Below, piece by piece: positions 29,656-47,627 of a stretch of DNA of 64,000 bases. A program made the position numbers and the translations under genes. The notes beneath the pieces were generated by a model that saw only the letters and a list, made by a program, of their open reading frames with translations, was not told the DNA's origin and did no database searches. Every line of letters begins with the position of its first letter. Position 1 is the stretch's first letter. Source of the DNA: Eledone cirrhosa (lineage: Eukaryota); assembly GCA_964016885.1 (NCBI GenBank), contig CAXHJY010001199.1, positions 5,094-69,093 on the forward strand, read 5' to 3'.

Positions 29656-30680
29656 ATGGTGGGTGGGTGCTACACGAGAATGCTGAGGATGGCTCTGAAC
29701 ATTAATCAGTATACACTGAGGATGAAAAACTCAGAGCTGTATGGGAGCTTCCCAAAAGTCAGCTCAAAAGTGACACAGAGGAGACTGAGGTTAGCTGGAC
29801 ATGCTCACCGACATCCAGAGTTGACATTGGACTCAGTGCTCCCGTGGGAGACCCTACATGGACACACTGGAAGAGGAGACTGAGGTTAGCTGGACATGCT
29901 CACCGACATCCAGAGTTGACACTGCACTCAGTGCTCCTGTGGGAGACCCTACATGGACACACTGGAAGAGGAGACTGAGGTTAGCTGGACATGCTCACCG
30001 ACATCCAGAGTTGACACTGCACTCAGTGCTCCTGTGGGAGACCCTACATGGACACACTGGAAGAGGAGACTGAGGTTAGCTGGACATGCTCACCGACATC
30101 CAGAGTTGACACTGCACTCAGTGCTCCTGTGGGAGACCTTACATGGACACACTGGAAGAGGAGACTGAGGTTAGCTGGACATGCTCACCGACATCCAGAG
30201 TTGACACTGCACTCAGTGCTCCTGTGGGAGACCCTACATGGACACACTGGAAGAGGAGACTGAGGTTAGCTGGACATGCTCACCGACATCCAGAGTTGAC
30301 ACTGCACTCAGTGCTCCTGTGGGAGACCCTACATGGACACACTGGAAGAGGAGACTGAGGTTAGCTGGACATGCTCACCGACATCCAGAGTTGACACTGC
30401 ACTCAGTGCTCCTGTGGGAGACCCTACATGGACACACTGGAAGAGGAGACTGAGGTTAGCTGGACATGCTCACCGACATCCAGAGTTGACATTGCACTCA
30501 GTGCTCCTGTGGGAGCCCCTACATGGACACACTGGAAGAGGAAGACCAAGGTTAACGTATGTTGATGCCCTAAGGACAGACACTGGTCTGTTGGAGACGC
30601 AGGACATGGCAGCGATAATGAGGGACAGAGACCGCTGGAGAGAACTCGTCCATGGATCTCGGGAATTTTACCCGCCCTAT
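29656..30680 (+). mobile_element. 3' fragment of an RTE-clade LINE ORF
   Basis: GCYTRMLRMALNI, RRLRLAGHAHRHPE, GRGRPRLTYVDAL, MRDRDRWR. Confidence 0.82.
29777..30536 (+). repeat. 8 x 95-bp tandem repeat inside the RTE fragment
   Basis: Near-identical units; ORF track repeats every 95 bp; AGAGGA at both boundaries. Confidence 0.95.
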
Positions 30681-31177
30681 ATAGATAGTGTTAATGTGTG
30701 GGAGTAGCGGTGAGAGGAGGTGAATGAGTGTTAATGTCCGTAGAACTGATGGTATGGTGGTAGTAGTAGTAGGAGGTGAATCAGTGTTGGAATTGTTAAA
30801 GTCTGTAGATCTGGTGGTATGGTGGTAGTAATGTCTGTAGAACTGGTGGTATGGTGGTGGTGGTAGTAGTAGTAGGAGGTGAATCAGTGTTGGAGTTGTT
30901 AAAGTCTGTAGATCTGGTGGTATGGTGGTAGTAATGTCTGTAGATCTGGTGGTATGATGGTGGTAGGAGAAGGTAGGAGGAACTGAATGAATACATCCTG
31001 CTCTTAAAAGACCCTTCCGAGAAACTCCATTTCGGCCGCTTGTATTCGCGATCATATCCTTTCATTTAATATGACAGAATGATGCTGCAAGTACGCAGGT
31101 AACACTACACACACACACACACACACTACACACTACACACACACACACACTACACACACACACACACACTACACACT

Positions 31178-31214
<37 letters not shown>

Positions 31215-31259
31215 GTGACGAAACATAAGTCAATTGCATGAACACATAATCATTTATTT

Positions 31260-31315
31260 ACTGCTATATATATTTCGACGATAGCCATTGTATGGCTATG
31301 ACCTCATCAGGCAGT
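31260..31315 (-). ncRNA. Type I hammerhead motif with canonical core (family P)
   Basis: Minus strand: ACTGC-CTGATGA-GGTcATAGCCAT aca ATGGCTATcGTC-GAAATATATATA^GCAGT. Confidence 0.75.
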
Positions 31316-31390
31316 TAGTCAGTTCTTAGATATGCCAGCTCTGTGTTTTTGGTGTTGATGGTTTCAGAGTCTTGGGACATATATATATAT

Positions 31391-31630
31391 AGTTGAATGA
31401 CATATATATACAAAATAAACACATCAAACAATTACAGGGGATAATAATTATCCCCTGTAATTGTTTGATGTGTTTATTTTATATATACGTATATGTCATT
31501 CAACTTTTTATTTTTAATTTAATATAAAATGCTCGGATTTACTACTTGGAATCTTTCAGCTTATTCCACAGGTGGTATGGCGCATGATTCTGATATTCTC
31601 AGACATGACATCTTTAATCTAATTTTGATA
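31391..31630 (+). mobile_element. Fold-back family O (arms 31391-31505 plus tail)
   Basis: Inverted arms with a 5-nt apex; no HHR retained. Confidence 0.6.
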
Positions 31631-31640
31631 ATATATATAT

Positions 31641-31770
31641 AGGAAAATGTTTGACCCCGACGGCAGGGCTCTGCCGTCGGGGTCAAACATTTTCCTATTA
31701 CCCACTCTACTACCCTAAGTATTGAGTACTCTGGTGCGTTATGGTCCATCTGGTTCCTTACCACACCTCC
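31641..31770 (+). mobile_element. Family G hairpin (31641-31696) plus tail
   Basis: Near-perfect palindrome whose apex is the G(A/G)GCTC loop III. Confidence 0.78.
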
Positions 31771-31973
31771 TTCGTTATATATATATACCTGATTGGTTTT
31801 TTTCGTTGCTTTGGTCCATGTGGCTGGGTCACCGGTCGCAGTTTTCAATTTTTCAAGCTATCTAACGTTTGTTGTTACTCTAAGGTAGCACATTCCTAAT
31901 TTTATATCGTTAGCTTGGCCACAGCGAAAACTTCGATTTTACTAAACTTCCATTTGGATATTTATATATATAT

Positions 31974-32262
31974 ATTGTTATACTTTGGTAGGGTCATGTT
32001 GCCAATAAGAAACACACGCACCAGTTGCTTCACTTCAATTTATCATAATAAATTTATAAATTTCCGGTTGGTTGTTTGGTTCCACAACCAGATGATTGTT
32101 TATATTGTCAAAGTTCTTTCGTCACACATTCTGTGACCTCTTCAGTGACTTGGGATTCTTTTCTTTGTTTTTGTGACTCTCCTTTGTTCTGTCATACACC
32201 ATCTTGTTTTTGTGTGTGTGTTCACAAACACAAAAACACACACACAAAAACAAGATGGGCAT
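31974..32262 (-). mobile_element. Family D copy with HHR (32107-32149)
   Basis: Reverse complement of the 20722-20975 copy; short inversion at its 5' end (about 32199-32258). Confidence 0.82.
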
Positions 32263-32347
32263 GGACTTAAAGTGGGCATGGCTAGGTGGTGATACGTTCG
32301 ACGCCTATATATAAACACATACATATACATGTATGTATATAGGTAAG

Positions 32348-32420
<73 letters not shown>

Positions 32421-32434
32421 ATGTATGCAAACAA

Positions 32435-32476
<42 letters not shown>

Positions 32477-32608
32477 ATGTATACAAACGAGAATATATAT
32501 ATATATGCAAAAGTCCTATTTAAAGTTGTTGAGATACAAGTAAATATAAAATAACCGACATAAATAACCGACATAAAGCACTCGACAAATTTTTGGAGTA
32601 GATTGTAT

Positions 32609-32662
32609 TTTGTCTGATGAAGGCATACCATAATTTAATGTGGTATCCCTGAAATAAATATC
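32609..32662 (+). ncRNA. Hammerhead core with no stem I partner (family R)
   Basis: CTGATGA-AGGcATACCA..TGGTATcCCT-GAAATAAATATC, then microsatellite. Confidence 0.5.
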
Positions 32663-32709
32663 GTGTGTATATATATATATATATATGTCTATGTATGCAT
32701 ACATGCATG

Positions 32710-32742
<33 letters not shown>

Positions 32743-32899
32743 ACATACATGTATGTATATATATACATATGTATATGTGTGTTTGAATGCATACATGCAC
32801 GTATGTATATATATGTCTATGTATGCATACATGTATATATATATATATATGTATGTATAAATGCATGTATGTATACATGCATGTATGTATACATACATG

Positions 32900-32945
<46 letters not shown>

Positions 32946-33021
32946 TATACATACATACATGTATGTATATGTATATGTATATATGTATGCATACATGCAT
33001 GTATGCATATATATATGAATG

Positions 33022-33060
<39 letters not shown>

Positions 33061-33364
33061 TCATACATACATGTATGTATGATTCTAAATGAAGTTAAGT
33101 ATATGTATAATTGTTCAACTGTAATTCCGAGACTCAGTCAGAAAGGAAGGAGACTTTCCAATACGTTTAACATCGTCTGACAGAATTAAAACACCGCCAC
33201 AGCCACCAACACGACTACCAAACAACACGACACACCCACCAATACCGCCACCATTACTATCATCACTTGTACCAGCACCAACACCACCAACACCAATATC
33301 ACCAATAGTGAACGAGTATATTTACTTTCATTAATATTTTGATATTAGTATCATTCATTACACG

Positions 33365-33466
<102 letters not shown>

Positions 33467-33477
33467 TACATACATAC

Positions 33478-33890
33478 GGTGGCTGCCAACTCGTTTTCGA
33501 GTACGGCCACTACTTTATATCCATGTAGGAGAACCCCTACCGATGTGCTGAACGAGTGTGACTTTTTAGTCCAGCCACCGACTTGAAAACTCTGGTACAA
33601 ACACTACACCTGTGACAATTATTGACACATAGTGCTGGGCCCATGGTACCATGTGACGACAAGTGCAGAGAGATCTCCAGATATAAAGCAATGCCTGTGC
33701 CGTGAAGCTTTTATAGTGAGCAAAGGCACTGCACAAAGCCAGTCCCACTCTCTTAACCAAGATGATATTTACCAAAAAGAAGAACAAGTCAACATCATTG
33801 GATACCATCAGGGTTGCAGGTGTTATATCAGAGTTTTCCTTCTCCTAGAATTCTGCCTTGACAAAGGCTAAGGGGTCATCTCTCCCGGAT
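33478..33890 (-). mobile_element. Short non-autonomous bipartite RTE derivative
   Basis: Minus strand: CTAGGAGAAGGAAAACTCTGA (RTE 5'-UTR-type motif) joined to [23 protein letters not shown] (C2H2, 33537-33608) and a CTCGAAAACGAG 3' hairpin. Confidence 0.65.
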
Positions 33891-33937
33891 ATATATATAT
33901 ATTGCTGGCCTTGTGCTAAACGTAGAAACAATTATTA

Positions 33938-34143
33938 TAGATAACGAGGAATCAGATATGTTTTGCGCTTTCAAAACATTTCATCCGATGAAATGTTTTG
34001 AAAGCGCAAATCATATCTGAGGACCTTGCGAATGCAGAGTCAGGTCCGATCTTTAACAGATCCTGCCTTGAGCTGATCGTCAGAGAAACATATGTAATGT
34101 TAATAAATTGTGTTTAGATACATCACTGATTCCTCGTTATCTA
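33938..34143. mobile_element. Nested fold-back family Q
   Basis: Outer 18-bp inverted repeat TAGATAACGAGGAATCAG; inner hairpin 33952-34020; CTGAGGA...GAAACATATGTA. Confidence 0.6.
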
Positions 34144-34166
34144 TATATGTGTGTGTGTGTGTGCGC

Positions 34167-34317
<151 letters not shown>

Positions 34318-34512
34318 TAATGTTATGACATTATAATATTATTATTATTTACTCACGAATGAACTTTATATGGTAGGGTCACCGTATTGAAATACAGCGA
34401 TTCTTGGGCATTTAAAGCCTAGATGAGCCCAACCTTCCCCAGAGCCCAACCCTCTTACATATTGAGTACTCTGGTGCGTTATGGTCCACCTGGTATCTCA
34501 CCACACCCTCTT

Positions 34513-34560
<48 letters not shown>

Positions 34561-34950
34561 AACAAATAAAACAAAACAAATAAATGGACGCAAAAATACA
34601 AAGTCTTATTAGGTTCACGCTTGGAGGAATGGAGGAGGGTTCTATAATTCTGACGGAAGTCCTGTGTCAGGAAATGGAGAGTTCGAAAAGGGAGAGAAAA
34701 AATAGAAAAATAGGTATATGAACGTTTGGAAAAGATTGTTAGGTTGGGAGTGGTAGCTGACTGGTCCGACATTCAGGAGACGGGGCCGAAGTCGAGGATC
34801 CAGGTGTGTCATAGCTGTGGTTGTGTGTGGGGGATGAAATTAGTAGGTGAGAAATTATTGCTTCATGTATATATGTATATATGTATGTATAAAAATATGT
34901 ATATAAATATGTATGTATGTAGGTATATATCTATATATATATATGCATGA

Positions 34951-35065
34951 ATGTATGTATGTATGTATGTATGTATGTATGTATGTATGTATGTATGTAT
35001 GTATGTATGTATGTATGTATGTATGTATGTATGTATGTATGTATGTATGTATGTATGTATGTATA
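34951..35065. repeat. (ATGT)n tetranucleotide repeat
   Basis: Direct reading. Confidence 0.95.
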
Positions 35066-35604
35066 TATATGTATGTATGTATATAAGTGTGTGTATAGAA
35101 GAGGAAAGGTCTAATTTGTGAAATGCATCGTTAGAAGGATGTTCTGAGAACGTGTTAAGTGGGAAATCGTTCATGCATGAAAATTAATGGATATTTTATA
35201 ACAATCACACACACATACACACACACATATATATACATATATACATACACAAACACGAATATACAGACACACATTCACACATATATATATACATACACAA
35301 ACACGAATATACACACACACACATATATACATACACACACATATACACACACACACATAGATACGTACACAAACACGAATGTACAGACACACACACACAT
35401 ATATGTGGTGTGGTGGTGTGATAGATCCACACACGCCCACCTATGTGTGTGTGTGTGTGCATGTGTGTGTGTGTGTATGGATGTAAAAGGTAAACAGAAA
35501 TAACAAAGCAAACGACACAGCATATATATATATATATATACATACACGTATATAGATACGCATTAATACACGTATATAGATACGCATTATATATATACAT
35601 ACAC

Positions 35605-35636
<32 letters not shown>

Positions 35637-35659
35637 GTATATATATATATATATATACG

Positions 35660-35690
<31 letters not shown>

Positions 35691-36134
35691 TTAATATTTA
35701 TACTCTGCTATGTATTGAGTACTTTACTTACTGTGGTTACCCACAATTGAACTCGGGATACACGCACACACACACACACACATTCACGTGTGTGTGTGTG
35801 TGGATATTACGCACACACAGTGACGGACACATACAGACATAAGGGCCCGTTATAAGTCCTTGAGTTTACGAGCGTTGGTATAGACCCTTCGTTATTTAAA
35901 ATAGTAAGGGATGGCGGCTGTCCTCGTGGTCACATGTTCCAGCGATTACATGGGGGCTTCATTACTTAAGATGGTAAAATATAGTACCAGTTATGTACTG
36001 GGATCGATATATCGACTTTCCTCAGCTCCAAAATCAATGGCCTTGTAACCTACGTTAGAAACCGTTATTTAAGATGGTAAGAGGTGGTCACGGTAGGAAC
36101 GATTATATATATATATATATATATACATACATAT

Positions 36135-38870
36135 ATCATCATCATCATCATCATCACCGTTTTACGTCCGTTCTTCCACGCTAGCATGGGTTAGACGGGT
36201 TGTCCTGTTGTGGGCAGTGTCTGGTCGGCTGACCATGCCTTGCTCATACAGGAACTGATCTGGCTTGATTTCTACAACTGGATGCCCTTCCTAACACCAA
36301 CCTCATTTACAGTGAGTGCTGGGTGCTTTTTCGTGGCGCCTACACGTCCACTTTACAGTGTGGGCTGGGTGCTTTTTTGCCGTGGCACCTCCACGACCAC
36401 CTTGCGGTGGGGGGGGGGGCATATCGTTTATATGCTTCAGCATGTACCCATGGGAGGTCGGGTACCCTGTATTACTGCGTGACGCCAGAAGTCACGGTCG
36501 TGTGTCATTGACTTTGAGAGGTGTAGTTGGGTAAGGTCGGCTTTTATCACCTCATCCCAAGTCATCTTGGGTCTCCCCACTCCGCGGTTTCCATCAACTT
36601 CTAGTGCTCTGCACCTTTTTATGCAGCTGTCATCCTTCATACGCATCACATGTCCATACCAGCGTAACCGCCTCTCCTGCACGCAGCATTTGATTCCTCT
36701 TATGCTCAGTCTCTCTCTCAATTCATTTATGCTTTGTCGTTCACGTATATTACTGTTACACATCCATCGGAGCATGCAGGCTTCGTTTCTCTCTAATCTA
36801 CGTAAGTCTTCCACCTTCAGCGCCCAGGTCTCACTACCATGCAGCATCGCTGTTCGGATACACGCATCATACAGTCTGCCTTTCATTCTGAGGGAGAAGC
36901 CTTTTGCAGCTAGCAGTGGTAGTAGTTCCCTAAACTTCTTCCATCCCGTTCTTACCCTAGTTATTGTACTTTCTGAGCACCCACCTCCGTTGCTAATTCG
37001 GTCACCTAGGTAGCAGAAGCTGTCTACTGTTTCTACAGGGCCCTCCCAGAGATTGGTGGTACTTGTTTCCTGTGGCTGTTTGCTTGCTGTTTCAGCACAG
37101 CTGCTGCATGTGAATCCTACATTCTTAATTAAGCTTCCTGAGATCCCGCTACATCTCTTGTGTACCCATTGTTTGCATTTGGGGCAGAGAATGGAGTTCC
37201 TACCTACACCTTTCCTACATACTGAGCAAGGCCATTTCCCTGAGGGGATCTGGGTTCTGTTTTCTCGTCTACTTATAAGGACCTTAGTCTTTGTCATGTT
37301 GACTTTGAGGCCCTTTCTCTCTAGTCCCTGCTTCCAGGTTTGGAATTTATTCTCTAGTTCTACCATAGATTCAGCTATGAGTGCGAGGTCATCAGCATAC
37401 AGGAGTTCCCATGGGCATCCGGTCTTAAACTCCTCCGTTATTGCCTGCAGGACTATGATGAACAGGAGAGGGCTAAGAACAGAGCCCTGGTGGACCCCAA
37501 CCTGTACGCTAAATTCCTCGCTATACTCATTGCCAATCCTAACTTTGCTGACTGCTCCCCTATACATGGCTTGTACCGCTTTCACAAGCCATTCATCTAC
37601 TCCTAGTTTTCTAAGAGCCCACCAGATTACTGCACGTGGAACTCTGTCAAAGGCTTTCTCAAGGTCGACAAATGCCAAGTAGAGTGGCTTACTTTTAGCT
37701 AGGTACTTTTCCTGTAATTGCCTCACAAGGAAGAGCGCATCAGTGGTGCCTTTCCCTGGAACAAACCCAAATTGCATCTCGTCTATATTCACCCGGTCCC
37801 TAATCAGCTGTGCTATAACTCTTTCTGTTACTTTCATGACCTGGTCCATCAACTTTATACCTCTATAGTTTCCTCTATCTAGTGCATCGCCTTTACCTTT
37901 GTAGCAGTTGACAATGATGCTACTGCACCAATCTTTTGGTATGGCCCCCTCTAGTATTACCTGGTTAACGATACGTGTGGTTATAGTGTGACCTACAGAC
38001 CCAGATGCCTTCAGCATCTCGGCAGCTATACCCGATGGACCGGTTGCCTTCCCTATCTTCATATCTCTGATTGCCTTACTTACTACGCTGCCGCTGACTT
38101 GTACTGCTGGTCCCTCTATAGGGTCTACGTGGGGTAGGGTCTCTTCTTCCCATGCATTCTCCTCATTTAGTAATCTATCATAATGACTCTTCCATGCATC
38201 TTTCTTCTCAGCACTTGTGAGGGCAAGCTCACCTTTATCATTCCGGATACACTTCTCTCCAATGACATCACAACTATCTCTGACACACTGCCTCGCAATC
38301 TTGAATACCTCCTGTTTCTGGTCCTCACGTTGTAAAACATGCATGAATTTTCTATCCTCTGCTTCCCTCCTAGCTAAGTATACTTGTCGCCTAGCTTCCC
38401 TCTTGGTCTCTATGTAATGTACCCTGCTCCCCCCGTTCTTCCATTCTTTCCATGCCTGTCTCTTGGCCTTGACTGCTTCATCTACCTTATTGTTCCACCA
38501 CCAAGTCACTCTCCTCCTGCTTGAGGTCTTACTCCAGCCACAAACCTCATCCGTCGCCTCTAGTAAGTTATTTTTTAGGAACTCCCAGTTCTCTTCTACG
38601 TTAAATGTCTCTATCTGTTCTTCTTTACTGTCGTAGGCGTTGAGTAAAATATCTTTAAATCTGTTACTGGTTGAGGGGACTTTCAGCTTCCAGATCTTTC
38701 TTCTCCAGGTTGGCCTCTGTTTCAGGGCTCGTCTAGTTCTGACCGTGAGGTCGCTGACAACTAAGCTATGTTGGGATGTACATTCCTCACTAGGGAAGGC
38801 TTTTGTGTTTACGACCGTCCATCTGTCACGTCCTCTGATGAGGATAAAATCTAACTGACTAGAGTGCTCC
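36135..38870 (-). mobile_element. 5'-truncated RTE-clade LINE with 3' UTR and (GAT)n tail
   Basis: See the CDS entry; (ATC)n at 36135-36156 on +; 5' end abuts a TA array. Confidence 0.93.
36437..38870 (-). CDS. Partial, uninterrupted RTE EN-RT ORF (about 810 aa) with a PHD-like Cys/His insert
   Basis: [15 protein letters not shown] (APE end), [61 protein letters not shown]; the 2286-aa length in the track is microsatellite read-through. Confidence 0.9.
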
Positions 38871-43311
<4,441 letters not shown>

Positions 43312-43824
43312 ATATTGTTATACTTTGGGAGGGTCATGTTGCCAATAAGAAACACACGCACCAGTTGCTTTCACTTCAATTAATTTATTCTGTAATTATA
43401 AATTTACAAATTTATAAATTTCTGGTTGGTTGGTTGGTTCCACAACCAGATAGTTGTTTATATATATATAGTCATAGTTCTTTCGTCACACACTCTGTGA
43501 CCTCTTCAGTGACTGGGGATTTCTTTCTTCGTTTCTGTGCCTTTCCTTTCTTCTATCCTACGCCATTTTGTTTGAAGAGGTCACAGAGTGTGTGACGAAA
43601 GAACTATGACTATATATATATAAACAACTATCTGGTTGTGGAACCAACCAACCAACCAGAAATTTATAAATTTGTAAATTTATAAATATAGAATAAATTA
43701 AATTGAAGTGAAAGCAACTGGTGCGTGTGTTTCTTATTGGCAACATGACCCTCCCAAAGTATAACAATATCGGTTTCAACACACGATTTCAGATAAAGAA
43801 TCTTGTTAAACAAATTCAGAAACG
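43312..43824 (+). mobile_element. Family D fold-back (also 47003-47515, 50362-50875, 54592-55105)
   Basis: About 197-bp inverted arms (43312-43508 / 43573-43770) plus tail. Confidence 0.88.
43470..43514 (-). ncRNA. Minimal type I hammerhead motif, family D (also 47162-47206, 50521-50565, 54751-54795)
   Basis: Minus strand: AGTCA-CTGAAGA-g-GTCACA gagtg TGTGAC-GAAAG aa CTA^TGACT. Confidence 0.75.
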
Positions 43825-43902
43825 AAACATATATACATATATATATACATATATATATACATATATATATATATATACATATATATATACATATATATAT
43901 AC

Positions 43903-43952
<50 letters not shown>

Positions 43953-43956
<4 letters not shown>

Positions 43957-44662
43957 TGTTATACTTGGGGAGGGTCATATTTGTGTAATATTGCCAGAAT
44001 TAATAACAGAACACACTCACTGTTTGGTTGGTTTTCGCTTCTCGCTGTCTTTTATATCTGCGATCTAACTTAATCGGTCCTCAATGTTGCCATTGACTGA
44101 CCGACGGTCAAAAATAATACAGATACAATATAGACACAAACACATATATATAGTTTACATAATTTACATAAATCTTTCGTTGCACATCTGCAACATCGTC
44201 AGTGGTGTTATATTTTTTCCTCCTGTTGTGTTGTATGTCTACGCCATTTTTTTTATTCAGTCTGTCTATATATTTACTTATTTATTTGCTTGTTTATTAT
44301 TTTATTTGTCTTCTTTGCGCATGCGTTGCGTGTGTGTATAGTGTTACGTTTGCTGTGTGACTAGTGTGTATAGTGTTGTGTCTGCTGGGTGACTAGTGGT
44401 GTGTTTATGTGCTTGTTGTTATTGTGCTTGTGTATGTATTTATTTATCTTATTTTATTTTATTTTATTTACTTATTTATACATCTCTTAGGTCAGTGTTG
44501 TTTGTTTGGGTGTTGTTGTTGTTCCACTCATTCTTTCTGTTTAGCTTTGGTCTTCTAATTTCTATTTCACTGGCCTCTCTGATTTGCCTATCTGCTGGGT
44601 CATTCTATGTTTAGATATTATTCTAATTTCTATGTTGTCTATGTTACCGTCATGTTGTTGTC
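43953..44662 (-). mobile_element. 3' end of a Penelope-like element: GIY-YIG C-terminus, 3' UTR, HHR, D-like terminus (also 47645-48358, 51006-51718, 55232-55944)
   Basis: See the pseudogene and HHR entries; terminus ATTGTTATACTTGGGGAGGGTCAT is nearly identical to family D. Confidence 0.75.
44167..44204 (-). ncRNA. Minimal hammerhead motif in the PLE 3' region (also 47859-47896, 51220-51257, 55446-55483)
   Basis: Minus strand: CA-CTGACGA-t-GTTGCA gatg TGCAAC-GAAAG at TTA^TG; stem I is only 2 bp. Confidence 0.62.
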
Positions 44663-44695
44663 ATATATACATATATATATACATATATATATTAC

Positions 44696-44794
<99 letters not shown>

Positions 44795-44990
44795 CATATA
44801 TATACATATACATATATATATACATATATATATATACATATACTATATATACATATATATATATACATATATATATACATATATATATATTTACATATAT
44901 ATATATATATACATATATATATACATATATATATACATATATATATATTTACATATATATATATATACATATATATATACATATATATAC

Positions 44991-45027
<37 letters not shown>

Positions 45028-45046
45028 CATATATATACATATATAC

Positions 45047-45079
<33 letters not shown>

Positions 45080-45091
45080 CATATATATATG

Positions 45092-45123
<32 letters not shown>

Positions 45124-45228
45124 CATATATATATACATATATATATATATACATATACATATATACATATATACATATATATATATATGTATACATATAT
45201 ATATACATATATATATACATATATATAC

Positions 45229-45275
<47 letters not shown>

Positions 45276-45303
45276 CATATATATACATATATATACATAT
45301 ATG

Positions 45304-45335
<32 letters not shown>

Positions 45336-45336
45336 C

Positions 45337-45385
<49 letters not shown>

Positions 45386-45390
45386 TATGT

Positions 45391-45424
<34 letters not shown>

Positions 45425-45470
45425 ATATATACATATATATATATACATATACATATATATATATATACAT

Positions 45471-45505
<35 letters not shown>

Positions 45506-45784
45506 CATATATATGCATACATATATATATACATATACATATATATACATATATATATACATATATACATATATATATACATATATATATATATACCTAT
45601 ATATATATATACATATATATATATATACATATATATATATACATATATATATATACATATATATATACATATATATATACACATATATATACATATATAC
45701 ATATATACATATATATATATATACATATATATATATACATATATATATATACATATATATACATATATACATATATATATATAC

Positions 45785-45831
<47 letters not shown>

Positions 45832-45963
45832 CATATATATATATACATATATATATATATACATATATATATACATATATATATACACATATATATACAT
45901 ATATACATATATACATATATATATATAAATATATAATATACATATATACATATATATACATAT

Positions 45964-46010
<47 letters not shown>

Positions 46011-46384
46011 CATACATATACATATATATATATATATATACATACATATACATATATATATATATATATACATACATATACATATATAATATATATATAC
46101 ATATACATATATATATATACATACATATACACATATATATATATATATACATACATATACATATATATATATACATACATATACACATATATATATATAT
46201 ACATACATATACATATATATATATACATACATATACACATATATATATATATATACATACATATACACATATACATATATATATACATATACATATATAT
46301 ATACATATACATATATACATATATATATACATATATATATACATATATATATATACATATACATATATATATATATACATATAC

Positions 46385-46444
<60 letters not shown>

Positions 46445-46452
46445 ACATATAC

Positions 46453-46487
<35 letters not shown>

Positions 46488-46538
46488 CATATTTATATAT
46501 ATATACATATATATATATACATATACATATATATATAC

Positions 46539-46570
<32 letters not shown>

Positions 46571-46750
46571 ACATATACATATATATACATATACATATAC
46601 ATATATATACATATACATATACATATATATACATATACATATACATATATATACATATACATATACATATATATACATATACATATATATATACATATAT
46701 ATATATATACATATATATACATATACATATATACATATATATACATATAC

Positions 46751-46781
<31 letters not shown>

Positions 46782-46866
46782 CATATATATATACATATAT
46801 ATATACATATATATATACATATATATATACATATATATATACATATATATATATATACATATATAC

Positions 46867-46925
<59 letters not shown>

Positions 46926-47593
46926 TACATATATACATATATATATATACATATATATATACATATATATATACATATATATATACATATATACATATAT
47001 ACATATTGTTATACTTTGGGAGGGTCATGTTGCCAATAAGAAACACACGCACCAGTTGCTTTCACTTCAATTTAATTTATTCTGTAATTATAAATTTACA
47101 AATTTATAAATTTCTGGTTGGTTGGTTGGTTCCACAACCAGATAGTTGTTTATATATATATAGTCATAGTTCTTTCGTCACACACTCTGTGACCTCTTCA
47201 GTGACTGGGGATTTCTTTCTTCGTTTCTGTGCCTTTCCTTTCTTCTATCCTACGCCATTTTGTTTGAAGAGGTCACAGAGTGTGTGACGAAAGAACTATG
47301 ACTATATATATATAAACAACTATCTGGTTGTGGAACCAACCAACCAACCAGAAATTATAAATTTGTAAATTTATAAATATAGAATAAATTAAATTGAAGT
47401 GAAAGCAACTGGTGCGTGTGTTTCTTATTGGCAACATGACCCTCCCAAAGTATAACAATATCGGTTTCAACACACGATTTCAGATAAAGAATCTTGTTAA
47501 ACAAATTCAGAAACGAAACATATATACATATATATATACATATATATATACATATATATATATATATACATATATATATACATATATATATAC

Positions 47594-47627
<34 letters not shown>

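Noticed and set aside
29777-30536. CRISPR-like array
   Set aside because: Contiguous identical units without unique spacers, no cas genes, eukaryotic context; the same holds for the 16-bp and 80-bp arrays
43312-43824. Family D and the other hairpins as classical MITEs or miRNA precursors
   Set aside because: Apex position varies between copies, a tail is present on one arm only, and single-arm copies exist; this fits inverted PLE pLTRs better
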